From a virus (taxonomy: Duplodnaviria; Caudoviricetes), in the IMG/VR virus record IMGVR_UViG_3300033064_000910, positions 1 through 64,000 of that record: a stretch of 64,000 bases of DNA, one strand, 5' to 3'. Shown here in pieces: positions 1 to 12,500 of the stretch. The translations under genes were made by a program, and so were the position numbers. A model generated the notes under the pieces. The model searched no databases and was not told the DNA's origin. It was given only the letters and a program-made list of their open reading frames with translations. How positions within the stretch are numbered: the first letter of the stretch is position 1; the number at the start of each line of letters is the position of its first letter.

Positions 1-1528
1 TTCCTGAAGTTCCCGATGAACCTTGCACTCCACTTATTCCTGAAGTTCCGCTTGTTCCTGAAGTTCCCGATGTACCGGATGTACCTGAAGTTCCAGAAGT
101 TCCTGATGTACCATTCGAACCGGATGAACCTTGTGCACCGCTTGTTCCAGATGTTCCTGAAGTACCGGAAGTTGCAGATGTACCGGAAGTTCCTGATGTA
201 CCAGAAGTTCCCGAAGTTCCGGATGAACCACTTCCTCCGCCGGCTCCACTTACACCAGAAGTACCAGATGTACCAGAAGTACCAGATGTACCATTAATAC
301 CTGATGTACCAGAAGTTCCCGATGAACCTCCACTACCCGCAGTACCAGTACCTCCACCAGCTCCTGTTAGACCACTAGTACCGGATGTGCCTGAAGTTCC
401 ACTGGTTCCCGAAGTTCCCGATGAACCTCCACTTCCACCGGTACCACTAATTCCTGAACTTCCTGCAGTTCCGGTTGAACCAGATGTTCCCGATGTACCA
501 GAACTTCCTTGTGAACCAGATGTACCCGAAGTACCACTACTTCCATCTGAACCTGAAGTTCCGCTTGTTCCTGAAGTTCCCGATGTACCGGATGTACCAG
601 ATGAACCAGTACTTCCAGATGTTCCGGATGTACCAGATGTTCCCGAAGTTCCTCCTGAACCAGATGTCCCATCAGTTCCACTTGTTCCAGAAGTTCCAGA
701 AGTTCCAGAAGTTCCTCCACTACCAGATGTTCCTGAAGTTCCTGAAGTTCCGGATGTGCCACTAGTCCCTGATGTACCAGATGTACCACTAGTTCCACTA
801 CTTCCTCCACTACCAGATGTTCCTGAAGTTCCTGAAGTGCCCGATGTACCAGAAGTTCCCGATGTACCAGAAGTTCCTTCCGAACCAGTTGTACCAGATG
901 TTCCGGATGTTCCTGATGTACCAGAAGTTGCTGCTGCTGTTTTTATACCAACTTTACCCGTTGATGTGTTATAAACTAATACCTCATCGGTTGTTATATC
1001 TGATTTTAATGAACCAATTCCAAATGATAATGAACCTGTGATACCAACACTTCCAGTAAATTCTTGTTTATCGTTTTGTGCATCACCAAATTTGTTACTT
1101 CCACTTGCGTAGATTATTGATGATGATATATAAATTACTTTTAATTCAGTTGCATTTATTGTACCTGCTACAGTTAAATCAGTATTAACTACTAACCCTC
1201 TATTTGGAGAAATTATTGCGGTTGCCGAACCTGATTTTAATCTATCTAAATCGCCAATTGCTGCTGCATTAATGTTAAACAAACCACCACCATCACCGAT
1301 AAAAAATGAAGAAGTAATTGAACCACTAATTTTTACATTAGAATTTATTTGAATCGAATTTGTTGGTGACCCAATTAAAGATGTTTGTATTCCAGAAGCG
1401 GAAAAATTTGCACCCACATCTATTGAATGAGATGAAAAATTAGCTACACTACTTCCACTTACAAATAAAGAAATTTTATCTTTAGTTTGTTGATTTAAAC
1501 CATTTGGGTTACCACCTAAATATTCCAT
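1..1528 (-). CDS. Gly-Thr-Ser repeat fibre protein, 3'-truncated by the window edge (missing from the ORF track)
   Basis: ATG at 1528 (MEYLGGNPNGLNQQTKDK...). The frame reads through GDGGGLFNI, LKSGSATAIISPNRG and ISSSIIYASGSNKFGDAQNDKQEFTGS modules shared with the 3508-aa and 1000-aa fibres, then enters (GTS)n from about 925 down to position 1; no stop seen in the stretches translated. Confidence 0.9.
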   Translation of the reverse strand, partial: MEYLGGNPNGLNQQTKDKISLFVSGSSVANFSSHSIDVGANFSASGIQTSLIGSPTNSIQINSNVKISGSITSSFFIGDGGGLFNINAAAIGDLDRLKSGSATAIISPNRGLVVNTDLTVAGTINATELKVIYISSSIIYASGSNKFGDAQNDKQEFTGSVGITGSLSFGIGSLKSDITTDEVLVYNTSTGKVGIKTAAATSGTSGTSGTSGTTGSEGTSGTSGTSGTSGTSGTSGTSGSGGSSGTSGTSGTSGTSGTSGTSGTSGTSGSGGTSGTSGTSGTSGTDGTSGSGGTSGTSGTSGTSGSTGSSGTSGTSGTSGTSGTSGSDGSSGTSGTSGSQGSSGTSGTSGSTGTAGSSGISGTGGSGGSSGTSGTSGTSGTSGTSGLTGAGGGTGTAGSGGSSGTSGTSGINGTSGTSGTSGTSGVSGAGGGSGSSGTSGTSGTSGTSGTSATSGTSGTSGTSGAQGSSGSNGTSGTSGTSGTSGTSGTSGTSGTSGISGVQGSSGTSG

Positions 1529-1540
1529 TAATTACAACTT

Positions 1541-1873
1541 TTATGTTATTTCCAATACCGAAACAATTACATCTGCTGAATTGGCTAACGATGATGTTAC
1601 TGATAGAAAATCTCCTGTTTCTAAAACTAACTTTTGTTCACCACCAATCAATACATTAGTACTACCGGGTATAATTAAAGAATCTTTTACAACGTAAACA
1701 CATTTATTTGCTGATGTATCTCTAACCATCACACTAACTGATATATTATTTGTGCTTACATTTGCTACACCAACTCCAATTACAGTTGTTGAAGTTGCCG
1801 CAGGTGTTTCATATATTTTCACACCTACTGTTCCAATTGAACCCGCTATACTATTTTTAAATGCGTTTGCCAT
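1541..1873 (-). CDS. Small beta-rich virion structural/adaptor protein (110 aa), paralog of the 305-aa protein
   Basis: IYETPAATSTTV...KLVLETGDFLSV...VIVSVLE aligns by eye with IYTTPAGVSSIV...KLVLEETYGFIV...VVLSLLE of 14152..15069. Confidence 0.75.
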   Translation of the reverse strand: MANAFKNSIAGSIGTVGVKIYETPAATSTTVIGVGVANVSTNNISVSVMVRDTSANKCVYVVKDSLIIPGSTNVLIGGEQKLVLETGDFLSVTSSLANSADVIVSVLEIT

Positions 1874-1887
1874 TTCTTTTTATTTTT

Positions 1888-2154
1888 TTATCCTAATGCT
1901 ATTGCAAATGCAATAGATGAATCTAATACATCAACTCCGTCTACTAAATATCCACCATCCGTTAAATTCATTGAACCAGTCATTGTTATAGAACCACTTA
2001 CTGCCAAACTATTACCTACAATAAGATTAGTAAATGTTGCTTGTTGAACATCGATAGTTCCTTTAAAAGAACCGGTAAATGAACCACTTAAATTTGCGTA
2101 AGCAGATAATGCCTGTGTAATTGAACCCGAAAATATTGGACTATGTATAATCAT
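1888..2154 (-). CDS. Miniature fibre-like protein (88 aa) with hydrophobic C-terminus SIAFAIALG
   Basis: SGSFTGSF/VSGSITMTGS fibre-type motifs; TATTTATA motif 28 nt upstream. Confidence 0.75.
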   Translation of the reverse strand: MIIHSPIFSGSITQALSAYANLSGSFTGSFKGTIDVQQATFTNLIVGNSLAVSGSITMTGSMNLTDGGYLVDGVDVLDSSIAFAIALG

Positions 2155-2204
2155 CTATATCTATATGCTTTTTGTTATAGGTATAAATATAAATATTTTC
2201 TCTT

Positions 2205-2648
2205 TTAGGGTTTAACCGGCCAAGTTATATTAAATGGATTAGTTTGAGATGTAATATCTCTTAAAGATTGTCTGTATTCAGACCAAATTGATTTTGTTTC
2301 AGTTGGAATATCCGATAATTGCGTCCAATCACATTCTGCTAATAATTCATTTCGAATTTCTCTAACAACACCCCATTGGGTTTCTAATCTATAATCTATT
2401 TCACTTTGAGATGCATCCGTTTGAATCCAATTTTGATAATATACACCATCCGTTAAAACAGGAGTTCCTTCGGTAATATTTTTTGTGTAATCATTTGGTT
2501 TTGGAGTTTGTCCAACTTCATATAAACCAAATTGAGTCATAGTTTCTTCTCCAATTTCATTTGGGAATGTAATATTTCTATGCGCAGCTTTTAAATCCTT
2601 AATTGTATAAGGATAACTGATTTCATTATTTATAATTCGTAAATACAT
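2205..2648 (-). CDS. Phage tail fibre assembly chaperone
   Basis: C-terminal WGVVREIRNELLAECDWTQLSD...WSEYRQSLRDIT...ITWPVKP is the signature of the phage tail assembly chaperone family (PF16778-like). Confidence 0.85.
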   Translation of the reverse strand: MYLRIINNEISYPYTIKDLKAAHRNITFPNEIGEETMTQFGLYEVGQTPKPNDYTKNITEGTPVLTDGVYYQNWIQTDASQSEIDYRLETQWGVVREIRNELLAECDWTQLSDIPTETKSIWSEYRQSLRDITSQTNPFNITWPVKP

Positions 2649-2649
2649 A

Positions 2650-3552
2650 TTAAGTAAATGTTGGTGGTATTGATGCGAAGTTTGTTAAACCGGTGCAATT
2701 TCTAAATGCATCAGTTCCAGCAGGTGTTGGAGTTCTTAACCACAATGTAGGTGCAGTACCTACTAATGCATTTGAAGTTGAACTCATATTATAAACTTGT
2801 GAAAATGTTGTTACCGCTGTATTAAATGTAAATTGTAATACATTTGTCAATGCTCTACAATTTCTAAATGTACCAGAAAAACTTGTTACATTAATATTTA
2901 GGTCAAATATAGTTGATGGTACGGAAGTTAAACCCGCACAAGCAAAGAAACAAGATGCAAAAGATGATACATTTACGGCAGTATCAAATAATCCAGTTGG
3001 TACAGTTGATATCGTATTAATTGTTGCAAATGCACTAGCAAATGATGTTACGTTGGGTGAAAAATCAAATATATCGGCTGGTATGGATGTTATAGCTGTA
3101 CCATTCATAAAATTTGAAAAACTTAATATTTCATTTAATCCATCATACCCACCAACTGCACTTAATGATGCACTACTTGGTATAGAGGTTATGTTTATAC
3201 ACCCATAAAAATTTAATGTCCTCAATCCTACTGTACCAAATTGTACAATACTTGTTATTAAACTTCTTATTCCTACATTATTATTAACTTGAAATCCTGG
3301 CATAAATCCACTAATAGTAACTGTATAAGTTCCAGCTGAAACATATGTATGTATTTTATCTACCGAAGATGATGCTGTTATCAAAGGTGATGTACTACTA
3401 TCTCCCCAATTTATAGTCAATTGTGGTGTAAGTCCACCATAATCGGTAATTGGACATGTAAATACAGTATTACCCGATGTGGTTGTAATTTGAAACACAA
3501 ACGGAAATGCTTGTGTTGAATCTGATTCTGCTAGTCTTCTTGCTATTCCCAT
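2650..3552 (-). CDS. PKD-like domain plus BspA/DUF285-like leucine-rich repeat protein, candidate receptor-binding tip
   Basis: INWGD...HTYVSAGTYTVTISG (PKD-like), followed by ~24-aa repeats ITSIPADIFDFSPNVTSFASAF / ISTVPTGLFDTAVNVSSFASCF / LTSVPSTIFDLNINVTSFSGTF. Confidence 0.75.
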   Translation of the reverse strand: MGIARRLAESDSTQAFPFVFQITTTSGNTVFTCPITDYGGLTPQLTINWGDSSTSPLITASSSVDKIHTYVSAGTYTVTISGFMPGFQVNNNVGIRSLITSIVQFGTVGLRTLNFYGCINITSIPSSASLSAVGGYDGLNEILSFSNFMNGTAITSIPADIFDFSPNVTSFASAFATINTISTVPTGLFDTAVNVSSFASCFFACAGLTSVPSTIFDLNINVTSFSGTFRNCRALTNVLQFTFNTAVTTFSQVYNMSSTSNALVGTAPTLWLRTPTPAGTDAFRNCTGLTNFASIPPTFT

Positions 3553-3556
3553 AATA

Positions 3557-6500
3557 TTAACTTAAATTTTTAGCTATTGTAAATCCATACCAACTTGTTC
3601 CACCATCAAATGTGTAAAATACTAATACATCTTCACCGGATGATGTTAATACAGGTTGAATACCACCTGCCCAATTAACCGTTGCCGGCCATGTAATTAC
3701 ATATGCCCCAGCGTTTACAGTTAATAATGTAAATCCAAATGCTTTACCAACAGGTACGTTGGTAAATGTTACTGTGGCTGTTCCATTAAATTGTCTTCTA
3801 AAATTATTTGCAGTTGAACAATCTATTGCAACACTAGCACCAGTTCCTAAATTATTATAAATTTCTCTATACGCAGTTGCTTCTAAATATGTACTAGCAT
3901 CCAATCCACCAGTCAATGTAATATCACCTGTTTGTGTTGTATTACCAACTATTGTTAACGTAGAACCATCAAAAGTAATATTAGATTCAACATTTGCTCC
4001 AGCTGGTGCGTTTGTATAAGTTAATAATCCATCATTAGTAGTTCCAGTTAAAGCAAATCCATTTGTACCAGATGTTCCGGATGTTACACCCGTTGCTGAT
4101 GTACCTCCACTTCCAGAAGTTCCGGATGAACCACTTACACCTGATGTACCAGATGAAAATCCCGGAGCGTTTGTACCGCTAGTACCAGATGTTCCAGTTT
4201 GTCCAGATGTACCAGAAGTTCCAGATGAAAATCCAGGTGCGTTTGTACCGCTCGTACCAGCACTTCCATCAGTACCACTTATTCCAGAAGTTCCTGATGT
4301 TCCGGAACTAAATCCTGGTGCGTTAGTACCGGATGTACCAGATGTTCCACCAGAACCACCACTACCTTCTGAACCATTAATTCCACTAGTTCCACTACTT
4401 CCAAAGAATGTTCCATTTACTCCAGATGAACCCGAAGTTCCCGAAGTTCCTGAAGTTCCATCAGTTGCTGAAGAACCAGAAGTACCAGATGTGCCACTTT
4501 CTCCACTTGTACCACTACTTCCAAACATTGTTCCATTTAATCCAGATGAACCACTAATACCAGAAGTTCCCGATGTACCGGAAACACCCGAAGTTCCAGA
4601 TGTTCCATCACTTCCTGAAGTACCGCAAGTACCACTACTTCCAAACATTGTTCCATTTAATCCAGATGAACCAGAAACTCCAGAAGTTCCCGATGTACCG
4701 GAAACACCAGAAGTTCCGGATGTTCCATCACTTCCTGAAGTACCCGAAGTACCACTACTTCCAAATAAAGTTCCATCTAAACCACTTGTACCGGAAATTC
4801 CTGAAGTACCCGATGTACCTGAAGTACCCGATGTACCGGAAGTGCCATCTGAGCCAGATATACCTGATGTACCACTACTTCCAAATAAAGTTCCATCTAA
4901 ACCACTTGTACCGGAAATTCCTGAAGTTCCACTTGTACCAGATGTACCCGAAGTACCATCACTACCCGAAGTTCCCGAAGTTCCACTGCTACCAAATAAA
5001 GTTCCATCTAATCCAGATGTTCCGGAAATTCCTGAAGTTCCACTTGTACCGGAAGTTCCATCACTACCGGAAGTTCCCGATGTACCACTTTCACCACTCG
5101 TACCACTACTTCCAAAGAACGTACCATTCAGTCCTGATGTACCACTTGTTCCATCAGTTCCCGATATACCAGATGTACCAGATACACCACTCGTGCCATC
5201 TGAACCAGATGTGCCTGAAGTTCCACTACTTCCAAAGAATGTTCCATTTAAGCCTGATGTTCCCGATGTACCATCAGTTCCGGATACACCAGATGTACCC
5301 GAAGTTCCATCACTACCAGAAGTTCCTGAAGTTCCATTTATACCAGAAGTTCCACTACTACCGAAGAATGTTCCATTTAATCCCGATGTACCATCACTAC
5401 CAGAAGTGCCACTTGTTCCCGAAGTTCCACTACTACCAGATGTTCCGGATGAACCATCTATACCGGAAGTACCACTACTTCCAAAGAATGTTCCATTTAC
5501 TCCGGATGTACCTGAAGTTCCTGAAGTTCCTGAAGTGCCACTTGAACCGGAAGTTCCATCACTACCGGATGTACCAGAAGTTCCTGACGAGCCATCTATG
5601 CCGGAAGTGCCCGATGTACCAGAAGTTCCGTCAGTACCACTTGAACCAGAAGTTCCGGATGTTCCATCACTTCCCGAAGTACCAGAAGTTCCATTACTTC
5701 CCGAAGTACCGGATGTACCACTCGTGCCACTTGAACCTTCACTACCATCAGTACCACTCGTACCCGATGTTCCCGATGTACCTTCGCTACCAGATGTTCC
5801 CGAAGTTCCTGATGTTCCATTTATACCAGAAGTACCAGATGTTCCTGATGTACCCTCACTACCATCAGTTCCAGAAGTACCGGATGTTCCCGATGTACCA
5901 TCAGTACCAGAAGTTCCAGATGAGCCAGAAGATCCTGAAGTTCCACTTGTACCTTCACTACCATCAGTTCCGGATGTTCCCGATGTTCCCGATGTACCAT
6001 CAGTACCAGAAGTTCCAGATGTGCCACTAGTGCCATCTGAACCAGTTGTCCCTGATGTGCCGGATGTTCCGGAAGAACCTGATGTACCCGAAGTACCCGA
6101 AGAACCTGATGTACCATCTATTCCACTTGTTCCAGAACTTCCAGATGTTCCGCTTGTTCCTGAAGTTCCCGATGTTCCTGAGGTTCCCGAAGAACCTTCA
6201 CTTCCTGATGTACCCGAAGTTCCTGAAGTACCCGAAGTACCATCAGAACCAGTACTTCCAGATGTTCCCGAAGTTCCCGAAGTTCCGGAAGTTCCTGAAG
6301 TTCCACTTGAACCAGATGTACCAGCTTCTCCACTACTACCAGAAGTTCCAGAAGTTCCGTTTGAACCATCTATACCAGAAGTTCCCGATGTTCCAGAAGT
6401 TCCCGATGTACCTGAAGTTCCCGATGTTCCAGTTCCACCACTTGTACCAGAAGAACCAGAAGTTCCTGATGTACCACTTGTTCCCGATGAACCACCGGTA

Positions 6501-9500
6501 CCCGTACTACCAGAAGTTCCACTACTTCCCGCAGTACCACCACTACCCGCAGAACCAGATGTACCAGAAGTTCCACTGGTTCCCGAAGTTCCGGATGAAC
6601 CTCCACTACCAGAAGTTCCTGATGAACCTGCACTACCCGAAGTTCCCGAAGTTCCTGATGAACCTCCACTACCCGATGTACCAGATGTTCCAGAAGTTCC
6701 TGATGTACCAGAAGTTCCTGATGTTCCAGAAGTTCCTGATGTTCCAGAAGTTCCAGAAGTTCCTCTAGTTCCCGATGTGCCGGAAGTTCCTGATGTACCA
6801 GAAGTTCCCGATGAACCACCACTACCTGAAGTTCCCGAAGTTCCGGATGTTCCCGATGTTCCAGAAGTTCCCGATGTTCCTTCACTACCGGTTGTACCAG
6901 AAGTACCAGAAGTACCAGAAGTACCAGAAGTACCAGATGTACCAGATGTACCAGATGTTCCTGATGTTCCCGATGTTCCCGATGTTCCCGATGTACCATC
7001 TACACCACTTGTTCCCGAAGTACCAGAAGTTCCAGAAGTTCCTGATGTACCATCTACACCACTTGTTCCGGATGTACCAGAAGTTCCAGATGTACCAGAT
7101 GTACCAGAAGTTCCTTCAGAACCATTTGTACCCGATGCACCAGATGTACCGGATGAACCTTGTACACCCGCTATATTTCTTCTTTCTAATCTTCTATTTG
7201 TAGAATTCCAAACAACTACATCTTCAGCTGAGCCCGATATTAAATTTCCTAAAAATACACTACCACTTATTCCTAAACTTCCACTTATTGTAAGTGATGC
7301 ATTTATTGTTTGATTTGTGTTTATGTTTAAGAACGATGATGTATCAGTATTTGCCGAATTTAATGCGAATGATGCTGTTAGTGCGAAGAATCCAAAAGAT
7401 GAAGTTGCAACAGACATTGATGATGTTACTGCATTTTGAACAAAATTTGCCGAATCCACTGCACCACCTCCACCTAATATAGTTACCAATACCCCATCTG
7501 AACCAGATGGTGTTACATTAACACCAGAACCAGTAAAATGTATTTTTCCTACTTGTGCTTTTACCAATGAGCTGGTTTGGTATATAAATAATTCAGTACC
7601 ACCACCTTGTGCTGCATTTAATGCATATGAAGCTGTTAATGCGTAAGATGAACTTACTGCACTAAACACACTCATTGATGATGTTTGGTCATTTCTTACA
7701 TAAGCATTTGCGTTTGCCAAAGATGCAGATAATGATACCAATGATGCCGAATCAAATCCGGTCACCGCATCTGCTAATAAAGCTTTTCTAGCGAATGATG
7801 CTGAAAGAACCTCACCAAAAACTCTATTTCCATCAATTGTACCACTTATCAAAGAACCACCACTACCAATTACTACATGTCCAGATGTCAATCCAGCAAA
7901 AATAAGTTGAATTGTATCTTCATCAATAGATTTAATAGTACCAGCCATAATCTGGTCTTCCGAACCAGTAGCGTATACCTGAACTATCGGATAACGAATA
8001 TCTAAATTGTGTACAATTGTTAATGTACTAACGTTATTAAATGATACAGTTTCAGTTAATGATGTTTCCGGTTGTGGGATGAAATAACCCTGAGTGTCAT
8101 TGTATCTTAATATTTGATATTCTGCCGATGCAGTAGGTCCTACTCCTTGGAAATTATATGTACCTAAGAAAGAACCAGTAAATAATGCGGATTTTATAAT
8201 ACCACTAGCCGTTACATTACTAAATCTTGCTTTTTCTTGCACAAACATTTCTCCATAAAAGAATGAAGATGTATTAACTACAAATCCATTATTCGGAGAA
8301 ATTGATGCTGTTGCAGAACCACTCTTTAATATAAATGTCTCAAATGATAAATTTGCAATATTAATATTGTTTAAACCACTACCGTCTCCCACATATGTAG
8401 AACCACTTTGGAGTACCATATTTCCACCACTCACAAACACACTTCCACTCACAGTTAATGAACCAGAGAATATTCTTACAGATGTATTTATTTCGAGTCC
8501 TTTATTTGGAGATATTATTGCATTTACAGATCCAGATTGAATTCTATCCAATTGAAGGTCTTGTAATGCGTTTGCAGGAATGTTAAATAATCCACCACCA
8601 TCACCTATATAAAGTGCAGCTGTTATTGGTACGTTTACATCTAATTTAGTTGGGTCAATAATTGCTATACCAGAACCAGAATTAATTTTTGCCAATTCAA
8701 GTCCTTCAATTGATTCGGGTGGAATGTTAAATAAACCACCACCATCTCCATCAAAACGAGATGCTGATATAGAACCACTAATACTTACTGAGCCAGTGAA
8801 TAGAGCTCCATAATAAGAACCCGAGTTAGAACCTACAGTAGAGAAATTTCCCTTTGTTGTTACAATAAATTGTATTCCACTTTGAACTGATGCAGTTGCC
8901 GAACCACTTGCTATTAAAGGTGCTGCTGATGCCTGTACATTTGTTAATTGAGAACCATCTCCACTAAATGAAAATGCTCTAACACTACCGCTAATATCAA
9001 TTGAACCAGTAAATCTAGAACCAATGGCTGAGCCAGTTGCTCCAGTTGTTACTACAAAAGTATCACCACTTTGAACCGATGCAGTTGCCGAACCACTACC
9101 AATGAATGGAGCTGCCGCGGCCTGTACGTTTGTTATAAAAGTACCATCACCTAATATGAATTGGGCTTTGATACTACCACTTATATCAACGGAACCGGTA
9201 AATTTAGAACCAAATTGCACATCCTGTCCGCTTCCGGTTGCAGTGGTTGTTACAATGAATGCATCTCCACTTTGAACCGATGCAGTTGCAGAACCACTTG
9301 CTATCAATGGTGCTGCTGCCGCTTGAACATTGGTTAATTGAGAACCATCTCCTATAAACGTAAATGCCTTAACACTACCACTTACATCAATTGAACCCGT
9401 AATTTGAGAACCTATTTGAGAACCTGTAGCTTTTGTTTGTACTCTAAATCCAAAATCTGGACTTACAGAAGCAGTTACCGAGCCGGATTTAATTTCCGTA

Positions 9501-12500
9501 CTAACAAGTGCATCTTCTGTCAACGCAGAACGAGGAATGTTTCTTAGAAATGTACCCTCGCCATAATATACTGAGGATGATGCTAGAAATAATCCACCAC
9601 TTATTTCATTTATAAATAAACTTCCACTTATATCAACCGAGCCCGTTAAACGTGACCCGATTTGAGTATCATATATAAAGTTTGGATTGCCATCAACTAC
9701 ATTTATACTACCAGACATACTTGAATGTAATTGGCAATTATAATATAATGTATTTGGTGCACTACCAGATACTAAGAATATTATTTGTCCAACATCCTCA
9801 CCATTATTAGTTACCCAACTATTGTATCCATTTGTAACACCAAGTGCACTGGCCGAATTAATCCAAAATGGATGACCGTTTGCATTTACATTAAAAACAT
9901 ATTCATAATTTCTATGTAATGTAAGTGTAGGATTTGAACCACTTATTAACCCGTTACTTATGTTATATACGCCACTTCCATCATTAGTTACAGTGAATAC
10001 GTTATCAAATGATAAAGAAGATGTAAATGGAGTTGTTACTTTAAATCCAAAATCTGGACTAACCGAAGCAGTTACACTACCACTTTTAATTTCAGAAGAT
10101 ACCAATGCATCTTCCGTTAATGCTGCTCTAGGAATGTTTCTTAAAAACGTACCTTCGGAATAAATAAAAGATGATGAATCTATTCTAATACTACCGCTAA
10201 AATCCGAACCACTTACAAATGATGCTACTCTAAATCCAAAAGCGGGTGATACTGATGCGGTTACGCTACCACTAGCAATTCTAACGGTATCACCAGATAT
10301 TGCAGATTGTGGGATATCAAATAACCCTTTACCACTACCACTAAACATTGATGCGGTAATATTTCCAATAACTTTTGTTTCACCAATTAATTTTATTTCA
10401 GCTGGAACATATAAAGCATCAACTACATTGATATCACCTTTCATTGATGAGTGCAATTGGCAGTTGTAATATAACGTATCAGGTGCACTTCCTGAAACTA
10501 AAAATGTTATTACACCACTATCTTCACCATTATTAGTTACCCAATAATCATAAGAATTATTAGTACCAAGACCAGATGTTTCATTAATCCAAAATGGATG
10601 TCCAATTGCATTAATGTTAAACGTATATTCTACATTTCTAACTAAAGTTAAATTTGGGTTTGAACCACTTACCAATCTATTGCTTATATTATATAGACCA
10701 CTACCATCATTTGTTACATTAAACACTTTATCTATATCGTAGCTTGGTATTATTCTTGCTGATGATGATGCTATAAAACTACCACTAATTGTAGAAAATG
10801 TATTTACTCTTAATCCAAAATCGGGTGAGATAGATGCCGTTACCGAACCACTGGCAATTCTATTAATTTTAAATGATAATGCCGATTCAGGAATATCAGA
10901 TAATCCTGCGCCACTACCACTAAAGAATGAACCAGTTTCAACTCTTATATATCCACCACTTACAAATAAACTTCCACTAAACTGAGAACCACTTTCTATT
11001 GATGTTACTTTAAATCCTTCGTTTGGTGATACAGATGCGGTTACCGAACCTGATTTAATTTCAGTAGATATTAAAGCCTCTTCCGTTAATGCATTACGAG
11101 GGATGTTTCTTAAAAACGTACCTTCTGCGTATATAAATGAAGATGAATCAATTCTAATACTTCCACTAAAATCAGAACCGCTTTCAAATGATTCAACCCT
11201 AAACCCAAAGTTAGGGGATACCGATGCTGTTACACTACCACTTGATATTCTAAATACTTCAGATGATAGTGCCGATTGCGGAATATCAAATAGTCCTTTA
11301 CCACTACCACTAAATACCGATGCCGATATTGAGCCAGAAAAATTAGATACGTCTGCAAATACTTCAAATCCTTTATTTGGAGAAATTGATGCAGTTACAC
11401 TACCACTAAATATTTTTGAAGTATCTAAATTAGAAAGTGCGGATATTGGAATATCAAAAAGATTTTTACCACTACCACTAAATGAACCAGAATTCAAAAA
11501 TACACCAGCTCCACTTATAAATAAACTTCCGGTAAATTGAGAACCATTTTCTAATGATTCTACTTTTAATCCAAAATCAGGTGATACGGATGCAGTTACA
11601 CTACCAGATGCAATTTTATTTGGAGAAAATGAAAGGGCAGATTCCGGAATATCAAATAAGTTAGCACCACTACCAGAATAAACTGAACCTGATGTGATTG
11701 AAATATTTCCACTTACAAATAAATTTCCAACAAAAGTAGAACCAGCCGTAACAGATGTTACTACAAATCCCTCAACAGGAGAAACCGATGCAGTTACGGA
11801 TCCAGATACTATTTTTGTTGCTACTTGTGGAGATACTATTATTCCCGTTAACCTACTACCATCTCCTTGAAACGAACCACTAATATCAGAACCACTTACT
11901 TCGTTAGTAAAAACTTGAAATACCCTAAGACTTCCACTTATATCAATACTACCAGTAAATTGAGAACCACTTAAAGGTGATTCTACTTTAAATCCAAAAA
12001 CAGGAGATACCGATGCTGTTATACTACCACTAGCTATTCTAGATGGTGAAAACGATAATGCCGATTCTGGAATATCAAATAAACCAGCACCACTACCAGT
12101 AAACATAGATGCGGTAATAGTTGATTTAAATATTGCCGGTTGGCTTACGTTTAAACTACCACTTACAATTGCATCTCCAATAATTAAAACTTCTGGTCTT
12201 CTTTGTAAAAGAGCATCTACTACATTAATTGTACCCGCCATTGATATGTGGTATTCACAATTGTAATATAGTATTGATGGTGCATCATATGGTACAACAA
12301 ACTCTATTGTTCCAAGATCTTCACCATTGTTTGTAACACCAGTATTATATGCATTATTAGAAGTAGAGCCAGCAATCGTTTTAATCCAAAATGGGTGGCC
12401 GGATGCGTTTATATTAAATGTATAGGTTACTCCTCTTACTAATGTTATTGTAGGATTAGCTACTGTGGTATCACCATTAAATACATAGTTTCCAGTATCA

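Noticed and set aside
4620-4632. Single Cys (GTCGTS) in the GTS tract
   Set aside because: TGC where sister repeats have TCG; a two-base swap that could be a sequencing error or neutral change.
1-7165. Possible CRISPR array or non-coding satellite
   Set aside because: Repeats are degenerate at third codon positions, stay in frame within long CDSs and have no unique spacers.
4060-7165. Ice-binding role for the Thr-rich Gly-X-X tract
   Set aside because: Only a loose analogy to polyglycine-II antifreeze proteins; no TxT ladder or other support, so not claimed.
16-7203. MYQKFLKF-type plus-strand and EHLELLV-type minus-strand ORFs in the repeat tracts
   Set aside because: Alternative frames of the same 9-nt repeat; artefacts of low complexity.
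4491-7313. 940-aa plus-strand (VPEVPD)n ORF and similar ORFs at 387..974 and 36258..36524
   Set aside because: Antisense shadow of the (Gly-Thr-Ser)n codons, which rarely create stops on the opposite strand; no independent start context or domain.
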